Below are positions 10,001-24,000 of a stretch of DNA of 39,894 nt, in pieces. The notes beneath the pieces are model-generated. The model was not told the DNA's origin. It saw only the letters and a program-made list of their open reading frames with translations, and ran no database searches. Made by a program: the position numbers and the translations under genes. The DNA lies in NCBI GenBank assembly GCA_002189035.1, contig NEEC01000057.1, forward strand, positions 1 through 39,894. Direction: 5' to 3'. Position 1 is the stretch's first letter; the number at the start of each line of letters is the position of its first letter. Origin of the DNA: Utricularia gibba (taxonomy: Eukaryota; Plantae; Magnoliophyta).

Positions 10001-13000
10001 GTGCTTCTCGTTCTCGACATTGATGCAAATGGGATACACGGCAAAAGAATCAAATAGCCACTAGAGACATGGTGTATGGGAATGGTGCATCAAGAATCAG
10101 AAGTATCATAGCAACTAATTGAATCAATCAACAGCCAAAACATATGGTGTCAAACTTCATCGGATATGCGATCAAGATGGAAAAAAGTCACATGTTACAT
10201 CATGAATTTCGTGGCATCACTTATCCCAACACTGTTGTATACTCAGGATATGCGTAAATATTTATTTTTAACAAATCCGGTGCACGTGTGATTTTTCGGC
10301 TGCATCCCGAATGGTGATGCGCAATGAAATGACTATGTCGCACATCCTGGTCCACGAAGCACCTCTTCGAAAACATGTAGAGCCTTACTCTTCATAGCAC
10401 ACCATTGGGAAGCTTTATTCGTGCTCCAAGTAATATCATATGGAGTTACGTTTTTCCGATAACTGTGGACATATTAAAAACAACCTCAACGAAAAGTGTC
10501 TTCCGTGTCCTTCCTTGGTGGCTGCGTCTAAGAATGTGCTTCTCGTTCTCGACATTGATGCAAATGGGATACACGGCAAAAGAATCAAATAGCCACTAGA
10601 GACATGGTGTATGGGAATGGTGCATCAAGAATCAGAAGTATCATAGCAACTAATTGAATCAATCAACAGCCAAAACATATGGTGTCAAACTTCATCGGAT
10701 ATGCGATCAAGATGGAAAAAAGTCACATGTTACATCATGAATTTCGTGGCATCACTTATCCCAACACTGTTGTATACTCAGGATATGCGTAAATATTTAT
10801 TTTTAACAAATCCGGTGCACGTGTGATTTTTCGGCTGCATCCCGAATGGTGATGCGCAATGAAATGACTATGTCGCACATCCTGGTCCACGAAGCACCTC
10901 TTCGAAAACATGTAGAGCCTTACTCTTCATAGCACACCATTGGGAAGCTTTATTCGTGCTCCAAGTAATATCATATGGAGTTACGTTTTTCCGATAACTG
11001 TGGACATATTAAAAACAACCTCAACGAAAAGTGTCTTCCGTGTCCTTCCTTGGTGGCTGCGTCTAAGAATGTGCTTCTCGTTCTCGACATTGATGCAAAT
11101 GGGATACACGGCAAAAGAATCAAATAGCCACTAGAGACATGGTGTATGGGAATGGTGCATCAAGAATCAGAAGTATCATAGCAACTAATTGAATCAATCA
11201 ACAGCCAAAACATATGGTGTCAAACTTCATCGGATATGCGATCAAGATGGAAAAAAGTCACATGTTACATCATGAATTTCGTGGCATCACTTATCCCAAC
11301 ACTGTTGTATACTCAGGATATGCGTAAATATTTATTTTTAACAAATCCGGTGCACGTGTGATTTTTCGGCTGCATCCCGAATGGTGATGCGCAATGAAAT
11401 GACTATGTCGCACATCCTGGTCCACGAAGCACCTCTTCGAAAACATGTAGAGCCTTACTCTTCATAGCACACCATTGGGAAGCTTTATTCGTGCTCCAAG
11501 TAATATCATATGGAGTTACGTTTTTCCGATAACTGTGGACATATTAAAAACAACCTCAACGAAAAGTGTCTTCCGTGTCCTTCCTTGGTGGCTGCGTCTA
11601 AGAATGTGCTTCTCGTTCTCGACATTGATGCAAATGGGATACACGGCAAAAGAATCAAATAGCCACTAGAGACATGGTGTATGGGAATGGTGCATCAAGA
11701 ATCAGAAGTATCATAGCAACTAATTGAATCAATCAACAGCCAAAACATATGGTGTCAAACTTCATCGGATATGCGATCAAGATGGAAAAAAGTCACATGT
11801 TACATCATGAATTTCGTGGCATCACTTATCCCAACACTGTTGTATACTCAGGATATGCGTAAATATTTATTTTTAACAAATCCGGTGCACGTGTGATTTT
11901 TCGGCTGCATCCCGAATGGTGATGCGCAATGAAATGACTATGTCGCACATCCTGGTCCACGAAGCACCTCTTCGAAACATGTAGAGCCTTACTCTTCATA
12001 GCACACCATTGGGAAGCTTTATTCGTGCTCCAAGTAATATCATATGGAGTTACGTTTTTCCGATAACTGTGGACATATTAAAAACAACCTCAACGAAAAG
12101 TGTCTTCCGTGTCCTTCCTTGGTGGCTGCGTCTAAGAATGTGCTTCTCGTTCTCGACATTGATGCAAATGGGATACACGGCAAAAGAATCAAATAGCCAC
12201 TAGAGACATGGTGTATGGGAATGGTGCATCAAGAATCAGAAGTATCATAGCAACTAATTGAATCAATCAACAGCCAAAACATATGGTGTCAAACTTCATC
12301 GGATATGCGATCAAGATGGAAAAAAGTCACATGTTACATCATGAATTTCGTGGCATCACTTATCCCAACACTGTTGTATACTCAGGATATGCGTAAATAT
12401 TTATTTTTAACAAATCCGGTGCACGTGTGATTTTTCGGCTGCATCCCGAATGGTGATGCGCAATGAAATGACTATGTCGCACATCCTGGTCCACGAAGCA
12501 CCTCTTCGAAACATGTAGAGCCTTACTCTTCATAGCACACCATTGGGAAGCTTTATTCGTGCTCCAAGTAATATCATATGGAGTTACGTTTTTCCGATAA
12601 CTGTGGACATATTAAAAACAACCTCAACGAAAAGTGTCTTCCGTGTCCTTCCTTGGTGGCTGCGTCTAAGAATGTGCTTCTCGTTCTCGACATTGATGCA
12701 AATGGGATACACGGCAAAAGAATCAAATAGCCACTAGAGACATGGTGTATGGGAATGGTGCATCAAGAATCAGAAGTATCATAGCAACTAATTGAATCAA
12801 TCAACAGCCAAAACATATGGTGTCAAACTTCATCGGATATGCGATCAAGATGGAAAAAAGTCACATGTTACATCATGAATTTCGTGGCATCACTTATCCC
12901 AACACTGTTGTATACTCAGGATATGCGTAAATATTTATTTTTAACAAATCCGGTGCACGTGTGATTTTTCGGCTGCATCCCGAATGGTGATGCGCAATGA

Positions 13001-16000
13001 AATGACTATGTCGCACATCCTGGTCCACGAAGCACCTCTTCGAAACATGTAGAGCCTTACTCTTCATAGCACACCATTGGGAAGCTTTATTCGTGCTCCA
13101 AGTAATATCATATGGAGTTACGTTTTTCCGATAACTGTGGACATATTAAAAACAACCTCAACGAAAAGTGTCTTCCGTGTCCTTCCTTGGTGGCTGCGTC
13201 TAAGAATGTGCTTCTCGTTCTCGACATTGATGCAAATGGGATACACGGCAAAAGAATCAAATAGCCACTAGAGACATGGTGTATGGGAATGGTGCATCAA
13301 GAATCAGAAGTATCATAGCAACTAATTGAATCAATCAACAGCCAAAACATATGGTGTCAAACTTCATCGGATATGCGATCAAGATGGAAAAAAGTCACAT
13401 GTTACATCATGAATTTCGTGGCATCACTTATCCCAACACTGTTGTATACTCAGGATATGCGTAAATATTTATTTTTAACAAATCCGGTGCACGTGTGATT
13501 TTTCGGCTGCATCCCGAATGGTGATGCGCAATGAAATGACTATGTCGCACATCCTGGTCCACGAAGCACCTCTTCGAAAACATGTAGAGCCTTACTCTTC
13601 ATAGCACACCATTGGGAAGCTTTATTCGTGCTCCAAGTAATATCATATGGAGTTACGTTTTCCGATAACTGTGGACATATTAAAAACAACCTCAACGAAA
13701 AGTGTCTTCCGTGTCCTTCCTTGGTGGCTGCGTCTAAGAATGTGCTTCTCGTTCTCGACATTGATGCAAATGGGATACACGGCAAAAGAATCAAATAGCC
13801 ACTAGAGACATGGTGTATGGGAATGGTGCATCAAGAATCAGAAGTATCATAGCAACTAATTGAATCAATCAACAGCCAAAACATATGGTGTCAAACTTCA
13901 TCGGATATGCGATCAAGATGGAAAAAAGTCACATGTTACATCATGAATTTCGTGGCATCACTTATCCCAACACTGTTGTATACTCAGGATATGCGTAAAT
14001 ATTTATTTTTAACAAATCCGGTGCACGTGTGATTTTTCGGCTGCATCCCGAATGGTGATGCGCAATGAAATGACTATGTCGCACATCCTGGTCCACGAAG
14101 CACCTCTTCGAAAACATGTAGAGCCTTACTCTTCATAGCACACCATTGGGAAGCTTTATTCGTGCTCCAAGTAATATCATATGGAGTTACGTTTTTCCGA
14201 TAACTGTGGACATATTAAAAACAACCTCAACGAAAAGTGTCTTCCGTGTCCTTCCTTGGTGGCTGCGTCTAAGAATGTGCTTCTCGTTCTCGACATTGAT
14301 GCAAATGGGATACACGGCAAAAGAATCAAATAGCCACTAGAGACATGGTGTATGGGAATGGTGCATCAAGAATCAGAAGTATCATAGCAACTAATTGAAT
14401 CAATCAACAGCCAAAACATATGGTGTCAAACTTCATCGGATATGCGATCAAGATGGAAAAAAGTCACATGTTACATCATGAATTTCGTGGCATCACTTAT
14501 CCCAACACTGTTGTATACTCAGGATATGCGTAAATATTTATTTTTAACAAATCCGGTGCACGTGTGATTTTTCGGCTGCATCCCGAATGGTGATGCGCAA
14601 TGAAATGACTATGTCGCACATCCTGGTCCACGAAGCACCTCTTCGAAAACATGTAGAGCCTTACTCTTCATAGCACACCATTGGGAAGCTTTATTCGTGC
14701 TCCAAGTAATATCATATGGAGTTACGTTTTTCCGATAACTGTGGACATATTAAAAACAACCTCAACGAAAAGTGTCTTCCGTGTCCTTCCTTGGTGGCTG
14801 CGTCTAAGAATGTGCTTCTCGTTCTCGACATTGATGCAAATGGGATACACGGCAAAAGAATCAAATAGCCACTAGAGACATGGTGTATGGGAATGGTGCA
14901 TCAAGAATCAGAAGTATCATAGCAACTAATTGAATCAATCAACAGCCAAAACATATGGTGTCAAACTTCATCGGATATGCGATCAAGATGGAAAAAAGTC
15001 ACATGTTACATCATGAATTTCGTGGCATCACTTATCCCAACACTGTTGTATACTCAGGATATGCGTAAATATTTATTTTTAACAAATCCGGTGCACGTGT
15101 GATTTTTCGGCTGCATCCCGAATGGTGATGCGCAATGAAATGACTATGTCGCACATCCTGGTCCACGAAGCACCTCTTCGAAAACATGTAGAGCCTTACT
15201 CTTCATAGCACACCATTGGGAAGCTTTATTCGTGCTCCAAGTAATATCATATGGAGTTACGTTTTTCCGATAACTGTGGACATATTAAAAACAACCTCAA
15301 CGAAAAGTGTCTTCCGTGTCCTTCCTTGGTGGCTGCGTCTAAGAATGTGCTTCTCGTTCTCGACATTGATGCAAATGGGATACACGGCAAAAGAATCAAA
15401 TAGCCACTAGAGACATGGTGTATGGGAATGGTGCATCAAGAATCAGAAGTATCATAGCAACTAATTGAATCAATCAACAGCCAAAACATATGGTGTCAAA
15501 CTTCATCGGATATGCGATCAAGATGGAAAAAAGTCACATGTTACATCATGAATTTCGTGGCATCACTTATCCCAACACTGTTGTATACTCAGGATATGCG
15601 TAAATATTTATTTTTAACAAATCCGGTGCACGTGTGATTTTTCGGCTGCATCCCGAATGGTGATGCGCAATGAAATGACTATGTCGCACATCCTGGTCCA
15701 CGAAGCACCTCTTCGAAAACATGTAGAGCCTTACTCTTCATAGCACACCATTGGGAAGCTTTATTCGTGCTCCAAGTAATATCATATGGAGTTACGTTTT
15801 TCCGATAACTGTGGACATATTAAAAACAACCTCAACGAAAAGTGTCTTCCGTGTCCTTCCTTGGTGGCTGCGTCTAAGAATGTGCTTCTCGTTCTCGACA
15901 TTGATGCAAATGGGATACACGGCAAAAGAATCAAATAGCCACTAGAGACATGGTGTATGGGAATGGTGCATCAAGAATCAGAAGTATCATAGCAACTAAT

Positions 16001-19000
16001 TGAATCAATCAACAGCCAAAACATATGGTGTCAAACTTCATCGGATATGCGATCAAGATGGAAAAAAGTCACATGTTACATCATGAATTTCGTGGCATCA
16101 CTTATCCCAACACTGTTGTATACTCAGGATATGCGTAAATATTTATTTTTAACAAATCCGGTGCACGTGTGATTTTTCGGCTGCATCCCGAATGGTGATG
16201 CGCAATGAAATGACTATGTCGCACATCCTGGTCCACGAAGCACCTCTTCGAAACATGTAGAGCCTTACTCTTCATAGCACACCATTGGGAAGCTTTATTC
16301 GTGCTCCAAGTAATATCATATGGAGTTACGTTTTCCGATAACTGTGGACATATTAAAAACAACCTCAACGAAAAGTGTCTTCCGTGTCCTTCCTTGGTGG
16401 CTGCGTCTAAGAATGTGCTTCTCGTTCTCGACATTGATGCAAATGGGATACACGGCAAAAGAATCAAATAGCCACTAGAGACATGGTGTATGGGAATGGT
16501 GCATCAAGAATCAGAAGTATCATAGCAACTAATTGAATCAATCAACAGCCAAAACATATGGTGTCAAACTTCATCGGATATGCGATCAAGATGGAAAAAA
16601 GTCACATGTTACATCATGAATTTCGTGGCATCACTTATCCCAACACTGTTGTATACTCAGGATATGCGTAAATATTTATTTTTAACAAATCCGGTGCACG
16701 TGTGATTTTTCGGCTGCATCCCGAATGGTGATGCGCAATGAAATGACTATGTCGCACATCCTGGTCCACGAAGCACCTCTTCGAAAACATGTAGAGCCTT
16801 ACTCTTCATAGCACACCATTGGGAAGCTTTATTCGTGCTCCAAGTAATATCATATGGAGTTACGTTTTTCCGATAACTGTGGACATATTAAAAACAACCT
16901 CAACGAAAAGTGTCTTCCGTGTCCTTCCTTGGTGGCTGCGTTAAGAATGTGCTTCTCGTTCTCGACATTGATGCAAATGGGATACACGGCAAAAGAATCA
17001 AATAGCCACTAGAGACATGGTGTATGGGAATGGTGCATCAAGAATCAGAAGTATCATAGCAACTAATTGAATCAATCAACAGCCAAAACATATGGTGTCA
17101 AACTTCATCGGATATGCGATCAAGATGGAAAAAAGTCACATGTTACATCATGAATTTCGTGGCATCACTTATCCCAACACTGTTGTATACTCAGGATATG
17201 CGTAAATATTTATTTTTAACAAATCCGGTGCACGTGTGATTTTTCGGCTGCATCCCGAATGGTGATGCGCAATGAAATGACTATGTCGCACATCCTGGTC
17301 CACGAAGCACCTCTTCGAAAACATGTAGAGCCTTACTCTTCATAGCACACCATTGGGAAGCTTTATTCGTGCTCCAAGTAATATCATATGGAGTTACGTT
17401 TTTCCGATAACTGTGGACATATTAAAAACAACCTCAACGAAAAGTGTCTTCCGTGTCCTTCCTTGGTGGCTGCGTCTAAGAATGTGCTTCTCGTTCTCGA
17501 CATTGATGCAAATGGGATACACGGCAAAAGAATCAAATAGCCACTAGAGACATGGTGTATGGGAATGGTGCATCAAGAATCAGAAGTATCATAGCAACTA
17601 ATTGAATCAATCAACAGCCAAAACATATGGTGTCAAACTTCATCGGATATGCGATCAAGATGGAAAAAAGTCACATGTTACATCATGAATTTCGTGGCAT
17701 CACTTATCCCAACACTGTTGTATACTCAGGATATGCGTAAATATTTATTTTTAACAAATCCGGTGCACGTGTGATTTTTCGGCTGCATCCCGAATGGTGA
17801 TGCGCAATGAAATGACTATGTCGCACATCCTGGTCCACGAAGCACCTCTTCGAAAACATGTAGAGCCTTACTCTTCATAGCACACCATTGGGAAGCTTTA
17901 TTCGTGCTCCAAGTAATATCATATGGAGTTACGTTTTTCCGATAACTGTGGACATATTAAAAACAACCTCAACGAAAAGTGTCTTCCGTGTCCTTCCTTG
18001 GTGGCTGCGTCTAAGAATGTGCTTCTCGTTCTCGACATTGATGCAAATGGGATACACGGCAAAAGAATCAAATAGCCACTAGAGACATGGTGTATGGGAA
18101 TGGTGCATCAAGAATCAGAAGTATCATAGCAACTAATTGAATCAATCAACAGCCAAAACATATGGTGTCAAACTTCATCGGATATGCGATCAAGATGGAA
18201 AAAAGTCACATGTTACATCATGAATTTCGTGGCATCACTTATCCCAACACTGTTGTATACTCAGGATATGCGTAAATATTTATTTTTAACAAATCCGGTG
18301 CACGTGTGATTTTTCGGCTGCATCCCGAATGGTGATGCGCAATGAAATGACTATGTCGCACATCCTGGTCCACGAAGCACCTCTTCGAAAACATGTAGAG
18401 CCTTACTCTTCATAGCACACCATTGGGAAGCTTTATTCGTGCTCCAAGTAATATCATATGGAGTTACGTTTTTCCGATAACTGTGGACATATTAAAAACA
18501 ACCTCAACGAAAAGTGTCTTCCGTGTCCTTCCTTGGTGGCTGCGTCTAAGAATGTGCTTCTCGTTCTCGACATTGATGCAAATGGGATACACGGCAAAAG
18601 AATCAAATAGCCACTAGAGACATGGTGTATGGGAATGGTGCATCAAGAATCAGAAGTATCATAGCAACTAATTGAATCAATCAACAGCCAAAACATATGG
18701 TGTCAAACTTCATCGGATATGCGATCAAGATGGAAAAAAGTCACATGTTACATCATGAATTTCGTGGCATCACTTATCCCAACACTGTTGTATACTCAGG
18801 ATATGCGTAAATATTTATTTTTAACAAATCCGGTGCACGTGTGATTTTTCGGCTGCATCCCGAATGGTGATGCGCAATGAAATGACTATGTCGCACATCC
18901 TGGTCCACGAAGCACCTCTTCGAAAACATGTAGAGCCTTACTCTTCATAGCACACCATTGGGAAGCTTTATTCGTGCTCCAAGTAATATCATATGGAGTT

Positions 19001-20909
19001 ACGTTTTTCCGATAACTGTGGACATATTAAAAACAACCTCAACGAAAAGTGTCTTCCGTGTCCTTCCTTGGTGGCTGCGTCTAAGAATGTGCTTCTCGTT
19101 CTCGACATTGATGCAAATGGGATACACGGCAAAAGAATCAAATAGCCACTAGAGACATGGTGTATGGGAATGGTGCATCAAGAATCAGAAGTATCATAGC
19201 AACTAATTGAATCAATCAACAGCCAAAACATATGGTGTCAAACTTCATCGGATATGCGATCAAGATGGAAAAAAGTCACATGTTACATCATGAATTTCGT
19301 GGCATCACTTATCCCAACACTGTTGTATACTCAGGATATGCGTAAATATTTATTTTTAACAAATCCGGTGCACGTGTGATTTTTCGGCTGCATCCCGAAT
19401 GGTGATGCGCAATGAAATGACTATGTCGCACATCCTGGTCCACGAAGCACCTCTTCGAAAACATGTAGAGCCTTACTCTTCATAGCACACCATTGGGAAG
19501 CTTTATTCGTGCTCCAAGTAATATCATATGGAGTTACGTTTTTCCGATAACTGTGGACATATTAAAAACAACCTCAACGAAAAGTGTCTTCCGTGTCCTT
19601 CCTTGGTGGCTGCGTCTAAGAATGTGCTTCTCGTTCTCGACATTGATGCAAATGGGATACACGGCAAAAGAATCAAATAGCCACTAGAGACATGGTGTAT
19701 GGGAATGGTGCATCAAGAATCAGAAGTATCATAGCAACTAATTGAATCAATCAACAGCCAAAACATATGGTGTCAAACTTCATCGGATATGCGATCAAGA
19801 TGGAAAAAAGTCACATGTTACATCATGAATTTCGTGGCATCACTTATCCCAACACTGTTGTATACTCAGGATATGCGTAAATATTTATTTTTAACAAATC
19901 CGGTGCACGTGTGATTTTTCGGCTGCATCCCGAATGGTGATGCGCAATGAAATGACTATGTCGCACATCCTGGTCCACGAAGCACCTCTTCGAAACATGT
20001 AGAGCCTTACTCTTCATAGCACACCATTGGGAAGCTTTATTCGTGCTCCAAGTAATATCATATGGAGTTACGTTTTCCGATAACTGTGGACATATTAAAA
20101 ACAACCTCAACGAAAAGTGTCTTCCGTGTCCTTCCTTGGTGGCTGCGTCTAAGAATGTGCTTCTCGTTCTCGACATTGATGCAAATGGGATACACGGCAA
20201 AAGAATCAAATAGCCACTAGAGACATGGTGTATGGGAATGGTGCATCAAGAATCAGAAGTATCATAGCAACTAATTGAATCAATCAACAGCCAAAACATA
20301 TGGTGTCAAACTTCATCGGATATGCGATCAAGATGGAAAAAAGTCACATGTTACATCATGAATTTCGTGGCATCACTTATCCCAACACTGTTGTATACTC
20401 AGGATATGCGTAAATATTTATTTTTAACAAATCCGGTGCACGTGTGATTTTTCGGCTGCATCCCGAATGGTGATGCGCAATGAAATGACTATGTCGCACA
20501 TCCTGGTCCACGAAGCACCTCTTCGAAAACATGTAGAGCCTTACTCTTCATAGCACACCATTGGGAAGCTTTATTCGTGCTCCAAGTAATATCATATGGA
20601 GTTACGTTTTTCCGATAACTGTGGACATATTAAAAACAACCTCAACGAAAAGTGTCTTCCGTGTCCTTCCTTGGTGGCTGCGTTTAAGAATGTGCTTCTC
20701 GTTCTCGACATTGATGCAAATGGATACACGGCAAAAGAATCAAATAGCCACTAGAGACATGGTGTATGGGAATGGTGCATCAAGAATCAGAAGTATCATA
20801 GCAACTAATTGAATCAATCAACAGCCAAAACATATGGTGTCAAACTTCATCGGATATGCGATCAAGATGGAAAAAAGTCACATGTTACATCATGAATTTC
20901 GTGGCATCA

Positions 20910-21038
20910 AGAAATCAGAAGTATCACTAGCAACTAATTGAATCAATCAACAGCCAAAACATATGGTGTCAAACTTCATCGGATATGCGATCAAGATGGA
21001 AAAAAGTCACATGTTACATCATGAATTTCGTGGCATCA
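20910..21038 (+). repeat. Partial-monomer tandem duplication (127 bp plus two 1-bp insertions) bounded by GCATCA microhomology
   Basis: At 20904-20909 the sequence GTGGCATCA continues as AGAAATCAGAAG instead of CTTATCC, a jump back to the upstream GCATCA. The two GCATCA sites are 127 nt apart in the intact array (3670 and 3797). ORF spacing here is 663 instead of 535. Confidence 0.92.
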
Positions 21039-24000
21039 CTTATCCCAACACTGTTGTATACTCAGGATATGCGTAAATATTTATTTTTAACAAATCCGGT
21101 GCACGTGTGATTTTTCGGCTGCATCCCGAATGGTGATGCGCAATGAAATGACTATGTCGCACATCCTGGTCCACGAAGCACCTCTTCGAAAACATGTAGA
21201 GCCTTACTCTTCATAGCACACCATTGGGAAGCTTTATTCGTGCTCCAAGTAATATCATATGGAGTTACGTTTTTCCGATAACTGTGGACATATTAAAAAC
21301 AACCTCAACGAAAAGTGTCTTCCGTGTCCTTCCTTGGTGGCTGCGTCTAAGAATGTGCTTCTCGTTCTCGACATTGATGCAAATGGGATACACGGCAAAA
21401 GAATCAAATAGCCACTAGAGACATGGTGTATGGGAATGGTGCATCAAGAATCAGAAGTATCATAGCAACTAATTGAATCAATCAACAGCCAAAACATATG
21501 GTGTCAAACTTCATCGGATATGCGATCAAGATGGAAAAAAGTCACATGTTACATCATGAATTTCGTGGCATCACTTATCCCAACACTGTTGTATACTCAG
21601 GATATGCGTAAATATTTATTTTTAACAAATCCGGTGCACGTGTGATTTTTCGGCTGCATCCCGAATGGTGATGCGCAATGAAATGACTATGTCGCACATC
21701 CTGGTCCACGAAGCACCTCTTCGAAAACATGTAGAGCCTTACTCTTCATAGCACACCATTGGGAAGCTTTATTCGTGCTCCAAGTAATATCATATGGAGT
21801 TACGTTTTTCCGATAACTGTGGACATATTAAAAACAACCTCAACGAAAAGTGTCTTCCGTGTCCTTCCTTGGTGGCTGCGTCTAAGAATGTGCTTCTCGT
21901 TCTCGACATTGATGCAAATGGGATACACGGCAAAAGAATCAAATAGCCACTAGAGACATGGTGTATGGGAATGGTGCATCAAGAATCAGAAGTATCATAG
22001 CAACTAATTGAATCAATCAACAGCCAAAACATATGGTGTCAAACTTCATCGGATATGCGATCAAGATGGAAAAAAGTCACATGTTACATCATGAATTTCG
22101 TGGCATCACTTATCCCAACACTGTTGTATACTCAGGATATGCGTAAATATTTATTTTTAACAAATCCGGTGCACGTGTGATTTTTCGGCTGCATCCCGAA
22201 TGGTGATGCGCAATGAAATGACTATGTCGCACATCCTGGTCCACGAAGCACCTCTTCGAAAACATGTAGAGCCTTACTCTTCATAGCACACCATTGGGAA
22301 GCTTTATTCGTGCTCCAAGTAATATCATATGGAGTTACGTTTTTCCGATAACTGTGGACATATTAAAAACAACCTCAACGAAAAGTGTCTTCCGTGTCCT
22401 TCCTTGGTGGCTGCGTCTAAGAATGTGCTTCTCGTTCTCGACATTGATGCAAATGGGATACACGGCAAAAGAATCAAATAGCCACTAGAGACATGGTGTA
22501 TGGGAATGGTGCATCAAGAATCAGAAGTATCATAGCAACTAATTGAATCAATCAACAGCCAAAACATATGGTGTCAAACTTCATCGGATATGCGATCAAG
22601 ATGGAAAAAAGTCACATGTTACATCATGAATTTCGTGGCATCACTTATCCCAACACTGTTGTATACTCAGGATATGCGTAAATATTTATTTTTAACAAAT
22701 CCGGTGCACGTGTGATTTTTCGGCTGCATCCCGAATGGTGATGCGCAATGAAATGACTATGTCGCACATCCTGGTCCACGAAGCACCTCTTCGAAAACAT
22801 GTAGAGCCTTACTCTTCATAGCACACCATTGGGAAGCTTTATTCGTGCTCCAAGTAATATCATATGGAGTTACGTTTTTCCGATAACTGTGGACATATTA
22901 AAAACAACCTCAACGAAAAGTGTCTTCCGTGTCCTTCCTTGGTGGCTGCGTTTAAGAATGTGCTTCTCGTTCTCGACATTGATGCAAATGGGATACACGG
23001 CAAAAGAATCAAATAGCCACTAGAGACATGGTGTATGGGAATGGTGCATCAAGAATCAGAAGTATCATAGCAACTAATTGAATCAATCAACAGCCAAAAC
23101 ATATGGTGTCAAACTTCATCGGATATGCGATCAAGATGGAAAAAAGTCACATGTTACATCATGAATTTCGTGGCATCACTTATCCCAACACTGTTGTATA
23201 CTCAGGATATGCGTAAATATTTATTTTTAACAAATCCGGTGCACGTGTGATTTTTCGGCTGCATCCCGAATGGTGATGCGCAATGAAATGACTATGTCGC
23301 ACATCCTGGTCCACGAAGCACCTCTTCGAAAACATGTAGAGCCTTACTCTTCATAGCACACCATTGGGAAGCTTTATTCGTGCTCCAAGTAATATCATAT
23401 GGAGTTACGTTTTTCCGATAACTGTGGACATATTAAAAACAACCTCAACGAAAAGTGTCTTCCGTGTCCTTCCTTGGTGGCTGCGTCTAAGAATGTGCTT
23501 CTCGTTCTCGACATTGATGCAAATGGGATACACGGCAAAAGAATCAAATAGCCACTAGAGACATGGTGTATGGGAATGGTGCATCAAGAATCAGAAGTAT
23601 CATAGCAACTAATTGAATCAATCAACAGCCAAAACATATGGTGTCAAACTTCATCGGATATGCGATCAAGATGGAAAAAAGTCACATGTTACATCATGAA
23701 TTTCGTGGCATCACTTATCCCAACACTGTTGTATACTCAGGATATGCGTAAATATTTATTTTTAACAAATCCGGTGCACGTGTGATTTTTCGGCTGCATC
23801 CCGAATGGTGATGCGCAATGAAATGACTATGTCGCACATCCTGGTCCACGAAGCACCTCTTCGAAAACATGTAGAGCCTTACTCTTCATAGCACACCATT
23901 GGGAAGCTTTATTCGTGCTCCAAGTAATATCATATGGAGTTACGTTTTTCCGATAACTGTGGACATATTAAAAACAACCTCAACGAAAAGTGTCTTCCGT

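Noticed and set aside
16102-16467. Longest ORFs (106-121 aa) in variant or scrambled units
   Set aside because: They arise only where indels or scrambling fuse short frames, and I recognise no Rep, transposase, RT or other motif.
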